This document shows positions 49,927-61,965 of a stretch of 64,000 nt of DNA, in pieces; position 1 is the stretch's first letter, and each line of letters starts with the position of its first letter. Both the position numbers and the translations under genes were made by a program. The notes below the pieces were generated by a model that saw only the letters and a program-made list of their open reading frames with translations, searched no databases and was not told the DNA's origin. Source of the DNA: an uncultured Prevotellaceae bacterium (GTDB taxonomy: Bacteria > Bacteroidota > Bacteroidia > Bacteroidales > UBA3663); contig CAZMOE010000008.1 in NCBI GenBank assembly GCA_964567855.1, positions 4,921 to 68,920 of the forward strand, in the 5' to 3' direction.

Positions 49927-52155
49927 ATGAAACCGAAAGATATATCTTTGCTACACGAAAGCATAGAGTATATGCTGTCATACGACCGCCTCTATGCAGC
50001 ATTGACCAGAATCATCCAGGAGGCCAAGACGGCCGAATTGTGGGACATCGTCGAGGAAGCCTCTTCCAAGCTCTCCGCCTACGGCTACCTACTGGATTAT
50101 TTCAAACGAGGAGCGGAAGATCCGCAACGGGAGGAGATGCGCAGCCAGCTGACAGAAGAAGCATTCCTGCTGAACAACCGGCTGGCGGACCGGTTGGCGG
50201 AATCCGCCTCGCAGTCGATATATTACAGCAAGCGGAAAGAGGTGCAGTCATGGGCGCAAGAATATTCGACCATCCATCTGCTACAAACTCTCCAGACGCG
50301 ACTCTGCGACCAGATTGCAGCCTCCGGCGACTCCATGGCCGATACTACCCCGATGGAAGTCGTAGCCGAACAGCTTTTTTATGCCATCTGGACCAACTTT
50401 CCTTATACAGAGAACGACCTGCTCGTCACCCGGCAACTGCTCGTCACCGAGTGCGTATTGCCGCACCAGCGGGAACTATTCATTTCAGCACTCACCTTGA
50501 ATCTGCTGCAATGGTTCGACACAGCCAAAGTCCACCTGCTTCTCGACTGCATCGAACCGGTCCAACCCCAGGCGCTGCAGCAACGGGCCTGGGTGGGACT
50601 GGCACTGCTACTTTCTACCTTTCCCAAACGATTCAGCCGAAACGACGCACTCCGCCAACGGATTTCCCGTCTGAGAAACATGTACCTGAAAGAGGACGGC
50701 ACCTCCCCCCTTCTCACACTGCAACTGCAAATATTCCAGTCGCAGGAGGCCGGACGCGTCAAGCAGCAGATAGAAGAGGAAATCACCCCCGAACTGCGGC
50801 GCATCTCCGCCGATCTACGTCAAAAGCACTCTTTACGGCAAAACACTCCCCTCAAAATAAATGAAGAGACGGCCGAGGCCCTCAACCCGGAATGGGAAGA
50901 ACAGATCCGGAAATCCGGGCTCGGTAAAAAATTGCAGAAAATAGGCCATCTGCAACAGGAGGGTACCGACATCATGCTCAACACCTTCGTGGGGATGAAA
51001 CACTTTCCATTTTTCTACAAGCTCAGCAACTGGCTGTTGCCCTACACACCGCAGCACAGTGCCGTAGCACGGCAATGGAAAAACAATCCCGATCTCAAGC
51101 CCATGGCAGAACTGTTTGAACAGCTGTCTTTTCTGTGCAGTTCCGACAAATATTCCTTTTTCCTGTCCTTCAATAATATACCGGAAGCGCAACGAAAGAT
51201 GCTGACCGAAGTGATCCGCTCCCAGAAAGAGGAATACGACGGGCAAAACGGTTCCCGTCCGGCCGGGAACGGCCAGGCAGAGCATCTTTCACGGTGTTAT
51301 CTGCACGACCTCTACCGCTTTTTCACCCTCAATCCCCGCCACGCAGATTTCAGAAATCCCTTCGACAATGACATCCGTCTATTTCTTTCCGAAGCCGTCG
51401 GCGACTGGTTCCGTTCGCCATCCGCATTGCGGATCATCGCCGAATATCTGTTCCGCAAACGACGCTATGAAGATGCGGTCTCCGCTTTCAAACTGCTCTA
51501 CAATCAGGACCGCAGCGAACCCACGTTACAGAAGCTGGCCTTTGCCGCCGACCATCAGCAAATCCCCGACGACTTGCTGACAGAACAAATTCTTGAAGAA
51601 TGCAACCTGCTATATCCTCAAAAGGAATGGACACTCCGATACCTGGCCAACTTCTACATCCGCAGGAAACGCTGCCGGGCTGCCATTCCCTTCCTACAGG
51701 AAGCTCTGCAGGCATTCCCGAATCAACTGAACCTGCTCACCGACACCGCCCAATGTTTCATCCAGCAAAAGGAATTTGCGGAAGCTCTCCCGTTGCTCTT
51801 CAAAGCCGACATTTTAAAGGAAGGGAATCCCAAAGTGGAACAAGCTATCGCCTGGTGCGCACTACTCACAGGCAACAACCGGCAAGCCGAACGCTACATC
51901 GCCAAAGTATTGCATCACAGAGGCTCCGCCCAGGCCTGGCTGAACGCCGGACATATCGCCCTGCAACGCAACGACATCGGCGAAGCCATCAGACGCTATC
52001 TGAAAAGTCTGGACATGCCCGAAAAATGGAGCCTCGAAGACTATAGTCACAACATGGCCCAGGATTTCGACGACCTCATATCGGCAGGTATAGACCCGCA
52101 TCTGCTGAATATGGTCCAGGAAAGTGTGTTGAAAGAGGTTTACGAACAAAAATAA
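49927..52155 (+). CDS. hypothetical protein with C-terminal TPR repeats
   Basis: 742 aa, no signal peptide. The C-terminal third has TPR-like units (YEDAVSAFKLLY, RCRAAIPFLQEALQAFP, FAEALPLLFKA, IGEAIRRYLKSL). I recognise no family for the N-terminal ~450 aa. Confidence 0.6.
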   Translation: MKPKDISLLHESIEYMLSYDRLYAALTRIIQEAKTAELWDIVEEASSKLSAYGYLLDYFKRGAEDPQREEMRSQLTEEAFLLNNRLADRLAESASQSIYYSKRKEVQSWAQEYSTIHLLQTLQTRLCDQIAASGDSMADTTPMEVVAEQLFYAIWTNFPYTENDLLVTRQLLVTECVLPHQRELFISALTLNLLQWFDTAKVHLLLDCIEPVQPQALQQRAWVGLALLLSTFPKRFSRNDALRQRISRLRNMYLKEDGTSPLLTLQLQIFQSQEAGRVKQQIEEEITPELRRISADLRQKHSLRQNTPLKINEETAEALNPEWEEQIRKSGLGKKLQKIGHLQQEGTDIMLNTFVGMKHFPFFYKLSNWLLPYTPQHSAVARQWKNNPDLKPMAELFEQLSFLCSSDKYSFFLSFNNIPEAQRKMLTEVIRSQKEEYDGQNGSRPAGNGQAEHLSRCYLHDLYRFFTLNPRHADFRNPFDNDIRLFLSEAVGDWFRSPSALRIIAEYLFRKRRYEDAVSAFKLLYNQDRSEPTLQKLAFAADHQQIPDDLLTEQILEECNLLYPQKEWTLRYLANFYIRRKRCRAAIPFLQEALQAFPNQLNLLTDTAQCFIQQKEFAEALPLLFKADILKEGNPKVEQAIAWCALLTGNNRQAERYIAKVLHHRGSAQAWLNAGHIALQRNDIGEAIRRYLKSLDMPEKWSLEDYSHNMAQDFDDLISAGIDPHLLNMVQESVLKEVYEQK

Positions 52156-52168
52156 CCGTTTCCATCGC

Positions 52169-52209
52169 CATTGCCGCCCGTTCCTGTTTTGCTGGAACGA
52201 GCGGCAATG
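52169..52209 (+). terminator. terminator of the TPR gene
   Basis: cattgccgcccgttcc ... ggaacgagcggcaatg: imperfect ~15-bp stem with one bulge, starting 14 nt after the stop, followed by ctgtttcc. Confidence 0.55.
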
Positions 52210-52454
52210 CTGTTTCCGGCGCTTACTGCCATGCGGCGACCGTTTCTCCCTATCGCCATCCCCATTCCTTCACAGCCGGAAAGGGCGCAAAGCCTCCGGC
52301 TACCGGCCGCCGACGTCGGCCGCCCCCAAACAACAATCTTATTACCCTTTCATTTTTTCAATATATCCATGACAAGAATGTAAGAAACATTCCATTTAAA
52401 GCGGTCACAAGTATTTTTTAAAAGGATTATGGACAATATTAATAATATATTCAT

Positions 52455-52462
52455 TATTTTTG
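52455..52462 (+). promoter_or_regulatory. sigma-A -7 motif (TAttTTTG) for wecE/wecF-like genes
   Basis: tatttttg lies 32 nt upstream of ATG 52494, in a locally AT-rich stretch. Confidence 0.45.
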
Positions 52463-52493
52463 CCGCCGGTCATCAATCGGCCGTAAAAAATAC

Positions 52494-53627
52494 ATGGAAA
52501 CAATACCTTTTAACAAAATTTACCTCACGGGGAAAGAAACCGACTATATATCCCAGACCCTGGCAGCCGGCAAAACCTGCGGCAGCGGAGAATTTACACG
52601 TCGCTGCGAGTCATTTTTTGAAAACAGGTTCGGCAAAGGGAAGTGCCTGCTGACGACCTCTTGCACAGACGCGCTGGAAATGTGCGCCATGTTGGCCGAC
52701 ATCCAACCGGGCGATGAAGTTATCGTTCCCTCTTATACTTTTGTCTCCACGGCCCTAGCGTTTGTCCGTCAAGGCGCAAAAATCATATTCGCCGACAGCC
52801 GGAGCGACAATCCGAACATTGACGAGACCCGACTGGAGGCGCTCGTCACCCCTCGCACCCGTGCCATCGTACCGGTTCACTATGCCGGTATAGCCTGTGA
52901 CATGGACGCCATCATGGACATTGCCGCCCGCCACAATCTTCTGGTAATCGAAGACGCTGCCCAGGCCGTCGACAGTTTTTATAAAGGCCGGCCGCTGGGA
53001 ACCATCGGTCATCTGGCCGCTTTTTCTTTCCACGAAACCAAAAACCTTCAGTGCGGAGAGGGCGGTATGCTGGTAGTCAACGAGCCGAAGTTCATCAAAC
53101 GGGCCGAAATCCTGTGGGAAAAGGGTACCAACCGGGCCGAATTCTTCCGAGGCGAAATCAATAAATACGGCTGGGTGGATACAGGCTCCTCCTTTCTGCC
53201 GGCGGAATACGTATCGGCCTTTCTATGGGCCCAACTGGAAGAAATGGACAAGATCCAGAATAAACGCAAAACCATCTGGAACACCTATCACGAGCATCTG
53301 CAAGGCATCGGGCATCTGACGCTTCCCGTTGTTCCCGACTATGCCACCAATAACGCCCATGCCTTTTATGCGATCTGCAGCACCCCGAAGGAACGTACCG
53401 AACTGATTGCCTATCTGAAAGAGAAGGGCATCCACGCGGTTTTCCATTATCTAAGCCTGCACAAAAGCACCTTTGCCGCCACTCGCGGCTGGGACGGGGG
53501 CGATCTGCCACAAGCCGACCGATACACGGATTGCCTGATCAGACTCCCCTTGTTCTATGATCTGTCGGTCGAACAGGCCGTTTACATCTCCCAAACAATC
53601 CGAACCTTCTATCAATCCCGCCGATGA
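52494..53627 (+). CDS. wecE: dTDP-4-amino-4,6-dideoxygalactose transaminase (WecE/RffA family, DegT/DnrJ/EryC1 aminotransferase)
   Basis: Colinear by eye with E. coli WecE as I recall it: IPFNKIYLTGKETDYISQ, CGSGEFTRRCESFFENRFG, PSYTFVSTA, VPVHYAGIACDMD, FSFHETKN, EKGTNRAEFFRGEINKYGW.D.GSS and RLPLFYDLS. Confidence 0.85.
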   Translation: METIPFNKIYLTGKETDYISQTLAAGKTCGSGEFTRRCESFFENRFGKGKCLLTTSCTDALEMCAMLADIQPGDEVIVPSYTFVSTALAFVRQGAKIIFADSRSDNPNIDETRLEALVTPRTRAIVPVHYAGIACDMDAIMDIAARHNLLVIEDAAQAVDSFYKGRPLGTIGHLAAFSFHETKNLQCGEGGMLVVNEPKFIKRAEILWEKGTNRAEFFRGEINKYGWVDTGSSFLPAEYVSAFLWAQLEEMDKIQNKRKTIWNTYHEHLQGIGHLTLPVVPDYATNNAHAFYAICSTPKERTELIAYLKEKGIHAVFHYLSLHKSTFAATRGWDGGDLPQADRYTDCLIRLPLFYDLSVEQAVYISQTIRTFYQSRR

Positions 53628-54736
53628 AACTTCATCTGTTCAATGACGAAAAAATAATCAATCGGACCATCGACATGTTCGATGAGGTTTTCCCCGGCGA
53701 AAACCTTTTTGTCGTTGCCAATAAGATCGGAACATTCAAATGGGTCAAAAAAAGGGATAATGTTCTCTCCCGGACAGAGTTCCTGAAGCAAAAAGGCTCC
53801 TTCTCCTTCAACGAAGTCTATATCCATGCGCTGAATCGCCGCAAAATGAACATCATCAACAGGCTGGAACTGAACGGAGCCAAGGTCTATTGGATCATCT
53901 GGGGTTTCGATCTGTACAACAGACTTCTGGCCCCGAAAGGATTCCGCATGGTCGATCCGTCGACCTCATTTTACAAACGTAACAACGGAGGATGGAAAAA
54001 ACTATGGGCTCCCTTCAAAAGATGGCAGAAAAGACGGAAGGCAGAACAGACCGTTCGCTTCATTCGGAACAAAATCGATTATATCGTAACCGATACCACT
54101 GACAATGACTACCAGTACCTGCTCAAATATTACCCTGAACTGAGCGTCAAACCCTGGAAAGATTTCTTCTACTATCCCCTGGATGTCATTTTAGGCGCCG
54201 ACCTGATAAACAGTAGCGTCACCGGCAACGATATCATGATCGGCAATTCGGCCTCTGCCACCAACAACCACGAATACGTCATGAACATCCTTTCCAGATT
54301 GGATATCGGTACCCGCAAAGTGATCGTTCCATTGAGCTATTCGGTAAAAAAACAATATGTAAAACCGGTCATGCAAACCGGCCGCGATCTTTTCGGCACA
54401 AACTTCACCCCATTGCTGAAGTTCATGCCGTTAGAAGACTATAACCGCCTGCAGGCCAGCATCGGCATCGCACTGTTCGGCAACTGGCGGCAGGAGGCGA
54501 TCGGAAATATCATCGTCGCACTCTATCTGGGCGCCAAAGTGTTCCTTTCATCCGTCAATCCGGTCTATGAATGGGCCCACAGTCATGGCCTGACCGTCTT
54601 TGAACTCGAAAAGATCTCGCAGGCAGACATAGACACGCCTTTGGAAGAAAATATCCGGTCGAAAAACCGGGAAATCCTGACCACTCTTTACACAAAAGAG
54701 CGCATGCACCGACTCATGAGAGAATTAGCCGGGTGA
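53624..54736 (+). CDS. wecF: TDP-Fuc4NAc:lipid II Fuc4NAc transferase-like glycosyltransferase (WecF family, GT56)
   Basis: ATGA overlap with wecE. Blocks matching my recollection of E. coli WecF: VYWIIWGFDLYN (FFWHIWGADLYE), IMIGNSASATNNH (ILVGNSGDRSNEH), VIVPLSYS (VVVPMGYP) and LFGNWRQEAIGNIIVALYLGAKVFL ([23 protein letters not shown]). Confidence 0.75.
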   Translation: MKLHLFNDEKIINRTIDMFDEVFPGENLFVVANKIGTFKWVKKRDNVLSRTEFLKQKGSFSFNEVYIHALNRRKMNIINRLELNGAKVYWIIWGFDLYNRLLAPKGFRMVDPSTSFYKRNNGGWKKLWAPFKRWQKRRKAEQTVRFIRNKIDYIVTDTTDNDYQYLLKYYPELSVKPWKDFFYYPLDVILGADLINSSVTGNDIMIGNSASATNNHEYVMNILSRLDIGTRKVIVPLSYSVKKQYVKPVMQTGRDLFGTNFTPLLKFMPLEDYNRLQASIGIALFGNWRQEAIGNIIVALYLGAKVFLSSVNPVYEWAHSHGLTVFELEKISQADIDTPLEENIRSKNREILTTLYTKERMHRLMRELAG

Positions 54737-54803
54737 CCGGGACTCCGGCCGCCTTCCGATTTCCCTTGCAGACCGACCCGGTAACACTCTCTGCCCGCCC
54801 GTC

Positions 54804-54837
54804 ATTCCGGCAAATAACCTTGCCGGAATATTTTTTT
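54804..54837 (+). terminator. rho-independent terminator after wecF
   Basis: attccggcaa ataacc ttgccggaat: perfect 10-bp stem followed by a-TTTTTTT. Confidence 0.8.
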
Positions 54838-54983
54838 GCAATTTTCCCGCCGGTTGCCGGTTCCGTTATTCTTCACGACCGCAATCTTTCATTTTCCAGA
54901 AAGAAACCCCGCTTTCCAGCCGTTTTTTATCAGTTCACCGGCTGATATTCCGTTCTCAAACAAGACCAAATCAAATAAATCAC

Positions 54984-54991
54984 TATCTTTG
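54984..54991 (+). promoter_or_regulatory. sigma-A -7 motif (TAtcTTTG) for leuS
   Basis: tatctttg lies 40 nt upstream of ATG 55031. Confidence 0.5.
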
Positions 54992-55030
54992 CACCGCCTC
55001 AAATAAGAATATTTACACATTATTAATAAA

Positions 55031-57844
<2,814 letters not shown>

Positions 57845-57858
57845 CCAGGATATTTTTT

Positions 57859-57910
57859 CCGGAATTAAGCGTCGCACCGGTTCTTAGAGACCGTTGCCTC
57901 TTAATTCCGG
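57859..57910 (+). terminator. hairpin after leuS
   Basis: ccggaattaag / cttaattccgg: perfect 11-bp stem with a 30-nt loop, 15 nt after the stop. There is no strong U-tract. yitT starts 22 nt later. Confidence 0.4.
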
Positions 57911-57931
57911 GAATTTAATATATGATCGGCA

Positions 57932-58822
57932 ATGAATAAATTTTCCCAAATTGTGGCTAAAAGAAGAATAAATCAGCAGATCAAAGACTATCTTTTCATC
58001 ACAATCGGCATTCTAATCTATTCAATCGGCTACACAGCATTCATCCTTCCGGAAGAGATCGTCATGGGCGGCGTATCCGGTATCTCCTCCCTTTTCTTTT
58101 ATGCGTTCAGATTTCCGACAGCCATCAGTATCTGGGGCATCAACGCCGTACTGCTTCTGATAGCGTTTCACGGTCTTACTAAAACTTTCACCTGGCGCAC
58201 CATTATCGGCGTTTCCATCCTGTCAGCCATGGTCGGCGTACTGCAGCCTTTCTTTGAGGCTCATCCGCTCATCACCACGGGAAAAGATACCTTCATGCAT
58301 GTCATGATAGGCGGCATGATGGCCGGAGCAGGGCTTGGCATTGTCTTCGCCCACAACGGCAGCACCGGCGGAACGGATATCATCGTGGCACTACTGACCA
58401 AACATTTCCGGATGAGTTTCGGCCGTGCACTGCAACTTGTCGACATCTGTATCGTATGTTCCTCCTATATTCTTTTCGGCAGTATGGAGAAAATTGTTTA
58501 CGGCGTCGCCTTCATACTCGTGACCAGCACCATGTGCGACTATGTCATCAACGGTACGCGCCAGACCGTCCAGTTCCTGATTATCTCCAAACGTTATGCA
58601 GCCATCGCCGACGCCATCAACACGCAAAAGAAACGCGGCGTTACCATCCTCAACGGCAAAGGATGGTATTCCAAACAGGATGTGAATGTACTCATGGTAC
58701 TGGCGCGGAAATATGAGACTCAGGATGTTTTCAACATCATCAAAAATATCGATCCCAACGCTATGGTTTCACAAAGTTTCTGCCACGGCGTTTTTGGCGA
58801 AGGGTTCGATAAAATCAAATAA
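57932..58822 (+). CDS. YitT-family membrane protein (DUF2179 C-terminal domain)
   Basis: 296 aa. Five or six TM helices, a GGTGG motif (NGSTGGTDIIV) and a C-terminal soluble domain (RGVTILNGKGWYS...). Confidence 0.8.
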   Translation: MNKFSQIVAKRRINQQIKDYLFITIGILIYSIGYTAFILPEEIVMGGVSGISSLFFYAFRFPTAISIWGINAVLLLIAFHGLTKTFTWRTIIGVSILSAMVGVLQPFFEAHPLITTGKDTFMHVMIGGMMAGAGLGIVFAHNGSTGGTDIIVALLTKHFRMSFGRALQLVDICIVCSSYILFGSMEKIVYGVAFILVTSTMCDYVINGTRQTVQFLIISKRYAAIADAINTQKKRGVTILNGKGWYSKQDVNVLMVLARKYETQDVFNIIKNIDPNAMVSQSFCHGVFGEGFDKIK

Positions 58823-58834
58823 CCACATACCCAA

Positions 58835-59662
58835 ATGAGCACCAACGTCAACAGAGTAGGAATCATTATCTCCACTTACAATAAACCGGAATGGTTGAGG
58901 AAAACCTTACTCGGATATTGCAGTCAGACCCGTCCGGCCGATGAAATCGTCATTGCCGACGACGGTTCCCGCGACGATACCCGGCAGCTCATAGACAGTT
59001 TTCGCGACCGCCTCCCCATCAAACATGTCTGGCAGGAAGACCGGGGCTTCCAAAAATCCGAAATACTTAACAAAGCGCTGGTGGCTGCCGAATCCGAATA
59101 TCTGATATTCACCGACCAGGATTGCATTCCCCGCGAAGACTTTATAGAAACTCATCTGAAATATGCCCGGCCCGGCTACTTCCTGTCGGGCGGCTATTTC
59201 AAAATGACGATGCCCATCAGCCTTGCCGTCACCGATGAAGACATCGCTACGGGAAGAGTTTTCTCAATCCGCTGGCTACGGTCCATGGGGCAACCGCTCT
59301 CGTTCAAGCTCTCCAAACTCTTTCGCAGTCCGGCCTACGCCCGACTGATGAATCTCATCACTCCCGCACGGGCCTCATGGAACGGCTGCAATGCCTCAGG
59401 CTGGCGTAAAGATGCCATTGCCATCAACGGCTATAATCAGGATATGCATTACGGCGGGCAGGATAGGGAATTCGGAGAACGCCTTTGCAACCTCGGCATA
59501 AAACCGATCCAGATCCGCTATTCGGCCATCGTTATGCATCTCGACCACAAACGCCCCTACAGAACCAAAGAATCTATCGAAAATAATTTGGCGATCAGAC
59601 GGCGCACCCGCAGTCAGAAAATTATCAAAACTCCGAACGGCATCACTCTGTTGAACGGATAA
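58835..59662 (+). CDS. glycosyltransferase family 2
   Basis: VGIIISTYNKPEWLRKTL..., IVIADDGSRDDT and FTDQDCIP (DxD), 275 aa. It starts 12 nt after yitT. Confidence 0.85.
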   Translation: MSTNVNRVGIIISTYNKPEWLRKTLLGYCSQTRPADEIVIADDGSRDDTRQLIDSFRDRLPIKHVWQEDRGFQKSEILNKALVAAESEYLIFTDQDCIPREDFIETHLKYARPGYFLSGGYFKMTMPISLAVTDEDIATGRVFSIRWLRSMGQPLSFKLSKLFRSPAYARLMNLITPARASWNGCNASGWRKDAIAINGYNQDMHYGGQDREFGERLCNLGIKPIQIRYSAIVMHLDHKRPYRTKESIENNLAIRRRTRSQKIIKTPNGITLLNG

Positions 59663-59695
59663 TCTGTTGCCGGTGCCGTCATTCCCCTTCATATC

Positions 59696-59723
59696 AGCCC
59701 TTCCGCCGTTACGCCGAAGGGCT
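59696..59723 (+). terminator. weak hairpin after the GT2 gene
   Basis: agcccttc / gaagggct: 8-bp stem, 12-nt loop, followed by ctttcatc. Confidence 0.3.
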
Positions 59724-59931
59724 CTTTCATCATCAAATGTAGTTCCGTGATATGCGAAAGCACTGCCGACGAAAGAAAATGCCGCCGCTGCGAAATATCA
59801 GAAAGCATCTGCAACGTCCGGAAGAGGCCCCGCAATACCGGAAAGGGAAAACATAAGATTCTTACCCCATAAAAAAACGCAGAAACGGCACTTGATCCGA
59901 TAATCGGCCATTCCGGGAAGCCCGAAAGAAG

Positions 59932-59957
59932 CGACAACGGCGCAGGAAGCCGTCGCC
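59932..59957 (-). terminator. weak hairpin after the LPS-kinase-family gene
   Basis: gcgac..cggc / gccgtcgc: bulged stem. The minus strand continues TTCTTTCGGG. Confidence 0.3.
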
Positions 59958-59960
59958 GGG

Positions 59961-60734
59961 CTACTGCGCCTCCCGCTTTTTCAATCCCAACAGGATTTTA
60001 AGCCGATAGAGATTCTCCCGCTTGTTTTCATAACGGCCCAGCAGCCGCAATACCTCCTGGCTACATGAATCCGGCTCCCATCCACGCACCAGGGCATAAG
60101 CCCGGACAATCTCTGCAAGCAACGCCCGGTCATGAGTAATACGCAAAAGATTCTTCAGGCACTGAGAACGGGAGAAGGAGGCGCCCCAAAGCGAACGATT
60201 GATATCGATTATACAAAAATGATAACTTCCGTCTGCCTCACGACGGCACAGAATATTCGATAAGTTCAAATCACCATGCAGGAAACCGGCTCCGTGCAGA
60301 CCGGCAAGAAAGCCGGCAAACCGGCTGACGATTTCCGCCCGGTCGGAAGAAACGGTCTGCTCCAGATAGCGGAGATTGTCATCGGCGACATAGCCGGAAA
60401 CAAAATATCCGATGCTGAACAATCCGCAGCCATCCTTTTCCTCTATATATGCCACAGGCTCAGGCGTATCGATACCTAAGGTCCGCAAGCGAAGCGCATA
60501 ATCGAAGGCCCGCCGGGCCTTGGACCGACCGAAGAAGGTATAAAAAAAACGCTGGTGAAAATAAGGACGTTTATAACGCTTGACTACAAAAGTCCTGCCG
60601 GCATCTTCAAAAAAGCGGACCTCGTTCCGCCCCCGGTAAATCAGCTTACCCTCCTGAAAAGAGGCTGGCAAACGGCGGATGGAAGCTTCGGATCGAGAAT
60701 AAGCCGGATTGATCTCAATATGGATATTCTTCAT
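59961..60734 (-). CDS. lipopolysaccharide kinase (Kdo/WaaP/InaA) family protein
   Basis: 257 aa. Kinase-fold blocks VVKRYKRP, GFLHGDLNLSNIL and IIDINRS. The stop of the upstream gene lies 3 nt before its ATG. Confidence 0.8.
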   Translation of the reverse strand: MKNIHIEINPAYSRSEASIRRLPASFQEGKLIYRGRNEVRFFEDAGRTFVVKRYKRPYFHQRFFYTFFGRSKARRAFDYALRLRTLGIDTPEPVAYIEEKDGCGLFSIGYFVSGYVADDNLRYLEQTVSSDRAEIVSRFAGFLAGLHGAGFLHGDLNLSNILCRREADGSYHFCIIDINRSLWGASFSRSQCLKNLLRITHDRALLAEIVRAYALVRGWEPDSCSQEVLRLLGRYENKRENLYRLKILLGLKKREAQ

Positions 60735-60737
60735 ACA

Positions 60738-61745
60738 TCAATGCAAATATTCAAAAGCGGCAGCCAAGGCCGTGCGTATAAAATAGCCGCTACCGACCTT
60801 TTCACCTAAAGCAGCAGCATTTCGCTGCAATTCGGCATATCTCTCGCGGGAAAGCGAAGCAAGAAGCCCTTCGATCTCATCCAAAGAATCGAATGTCAGG
60901 CAACACTTATGCGCGGTCAGGAACGGCGCAATGGCGGCCTTGCTCCAGATAAGGACAGGCAGATTACAGCGCAGGTAAAGCGATGTCTTATGCGGGTTAT
61001 TGATCAACAGATATTCTCCCCAGTTACCGGAACAGCGATCAACGGAATCACCATCCCAGACAAGGCCGAAATCGCCCTCGGCGGTGGCCACCAGCTCATC
61101 GGAGGGGAGACAGCCTTTGTAATTGATGAAATTCCAGCTTCTCAGAATCTTTTCATCCAGACCCGAACCGTATAAATTCATCTGCCAGCCCTTGGCCGGT
61201 GTCTTGTCAAGGGCATACAGGAAGCCGCTGCGCCATGCGCCAAGGCCACCGGCGAAAATCACCGACCACGGACTATGCGGTTCTCTGTAATCACGGGCAA
61301 CTGAGGGAGAGATATAATCGAAGATTCCCAAACGGATGATCTTATTGGTATATCCCTTGTCAAGCAGCCACTTTTCCATACTTTCATTGTGAACGATGAG
61401 AACATCGCTATTGCTTAAAAGACGATTTTCGCCTTCGGGAGTCAGTTTATGACGACGAAAAGCCCCCAGATCATGAATTAAAGAAACGACCTTGGCCTGT
61501 CTAAGATGTGCAAAAATGCAGGAAATCCTGAAAAACTTCTTCATGGGATACTGCAAAAACAGGACATCGCCGCGCTTCAACACTGTAAGTATCCGGAAAA
61601 TACTGACCAGCTTGGTCCAGAAACGGGAAAACGCATCGCCACGCTTCTGACGGGGAGTCAGACTGATAAATCCCATTTCCCTGACGATGGCATCTACGTC
61701 GTTCTTCGCTTTATTGGGAGAAATAATTTCTATATAATAATTCAT
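60738..61745 (-). CDS. WbbI-like sugar transferase (putative beta-1,6-galactofuranosyltransferase family)
   Basis: Start trimmed to MNYYIEIISPNK (ATG 61743-61745). FGLVWDGDSVDRCSGNWGEYLLINNPHKTSLYLRCNLPVLIWSKAAIAPFL closely parallels the E. coli WbbI block FGLIWDGDSVETCSGAFGEYLKFNNPHKTSLYLSMELPVFIWDKAALADFI as I recall it. Confidence 0.7.
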   Translation of the reverse strand: MNYYIEIISPNKAKNDVDAIVREMGFISLTPRQKRGDAFSRFWTKLVSIFRILTVLKRGDVLFLQYPMKKFFRISCIFAHLRQAKVVSLIHDLGAFRRHKLTPEGENRLLSNSDVLIVHNESMEKWLLDKGYTNKIIRLGIFDYISPSVARDYREPHSPWSVIFAGGLGAWRSGFLYALDKTPAKGWQMNLYGSGLDEKILRSWNFINYKGCLPSDELVATAEGDFGLVWDGDSVDRCSGNWGEYLLINNPHKTSLYLRCNLPVLIWSKAAIAPFLTAHKCCLTFDSLDEIEGLLASLSRERYAELQRNAAALGEKVGSGYFIRTALAAAFEYLH

Positions 61746-61957
61746 AACGTTTTTATTCTTTCTTGGTTCCGCTGTCCAATTCTCCAATCTATGGCGGGCC
61801 TTTACCGGATTTCGGTTCCGTCGGAACTTGCTCCTGGCAATCCCCCCGGCCCATGTTCCGATACGGATGTTATCCTTGCCAATCCGGACCGACAAGCCCT
61901 TTGGACCTCTAAAACATTTTAAACCAATATCTTTTTTATTTTTTTAATAATAGGCCG

Positions 61958-61965
61958 CAAATATA
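61958..61965 (-). promoter_or_regulatory. sigma-A -7 motif (TAtaTTTG), candidate promoter of the WbbI-like/kinase operon
   Basis: The plus strand reads caaatata in AT-rich DNA. This implies a leader of roughly 205 nt before ATG 61745. Confidence 0.35.

Noticed and set aside
59689-59937. 82-aa minus-strand ORF in the gap between the GT2 gene and the LPS-kinase gene.
   Set aside because: It spans the two terminator-like hairpins of the convergent genes and has no promoter motif. The sequence is odd (FFYGVRILCFPFPVLRGLF) with no family resemblance.
61746-61895. 50-codon N-terminal extension of the WbbI-like gene. Analogous extensions exist at 62416-62493 (GT2), 19365-19550 (S4 protein), 27831-27872 (GH35), 29308-29349 (MFS), 30310-30342 (AraC), 36810-36884 (unknown), 25465-25473 (GH43) and 6510-6518 (ATPase).
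   Set aside because: The extensions start at GTG/TTG or distant ATGs and are basic or low-complexity. They precede obvious native N-termini (signal peptides, or MESVSVIITTRN-type GT2 starts) and in several cases contain the promoter motif.
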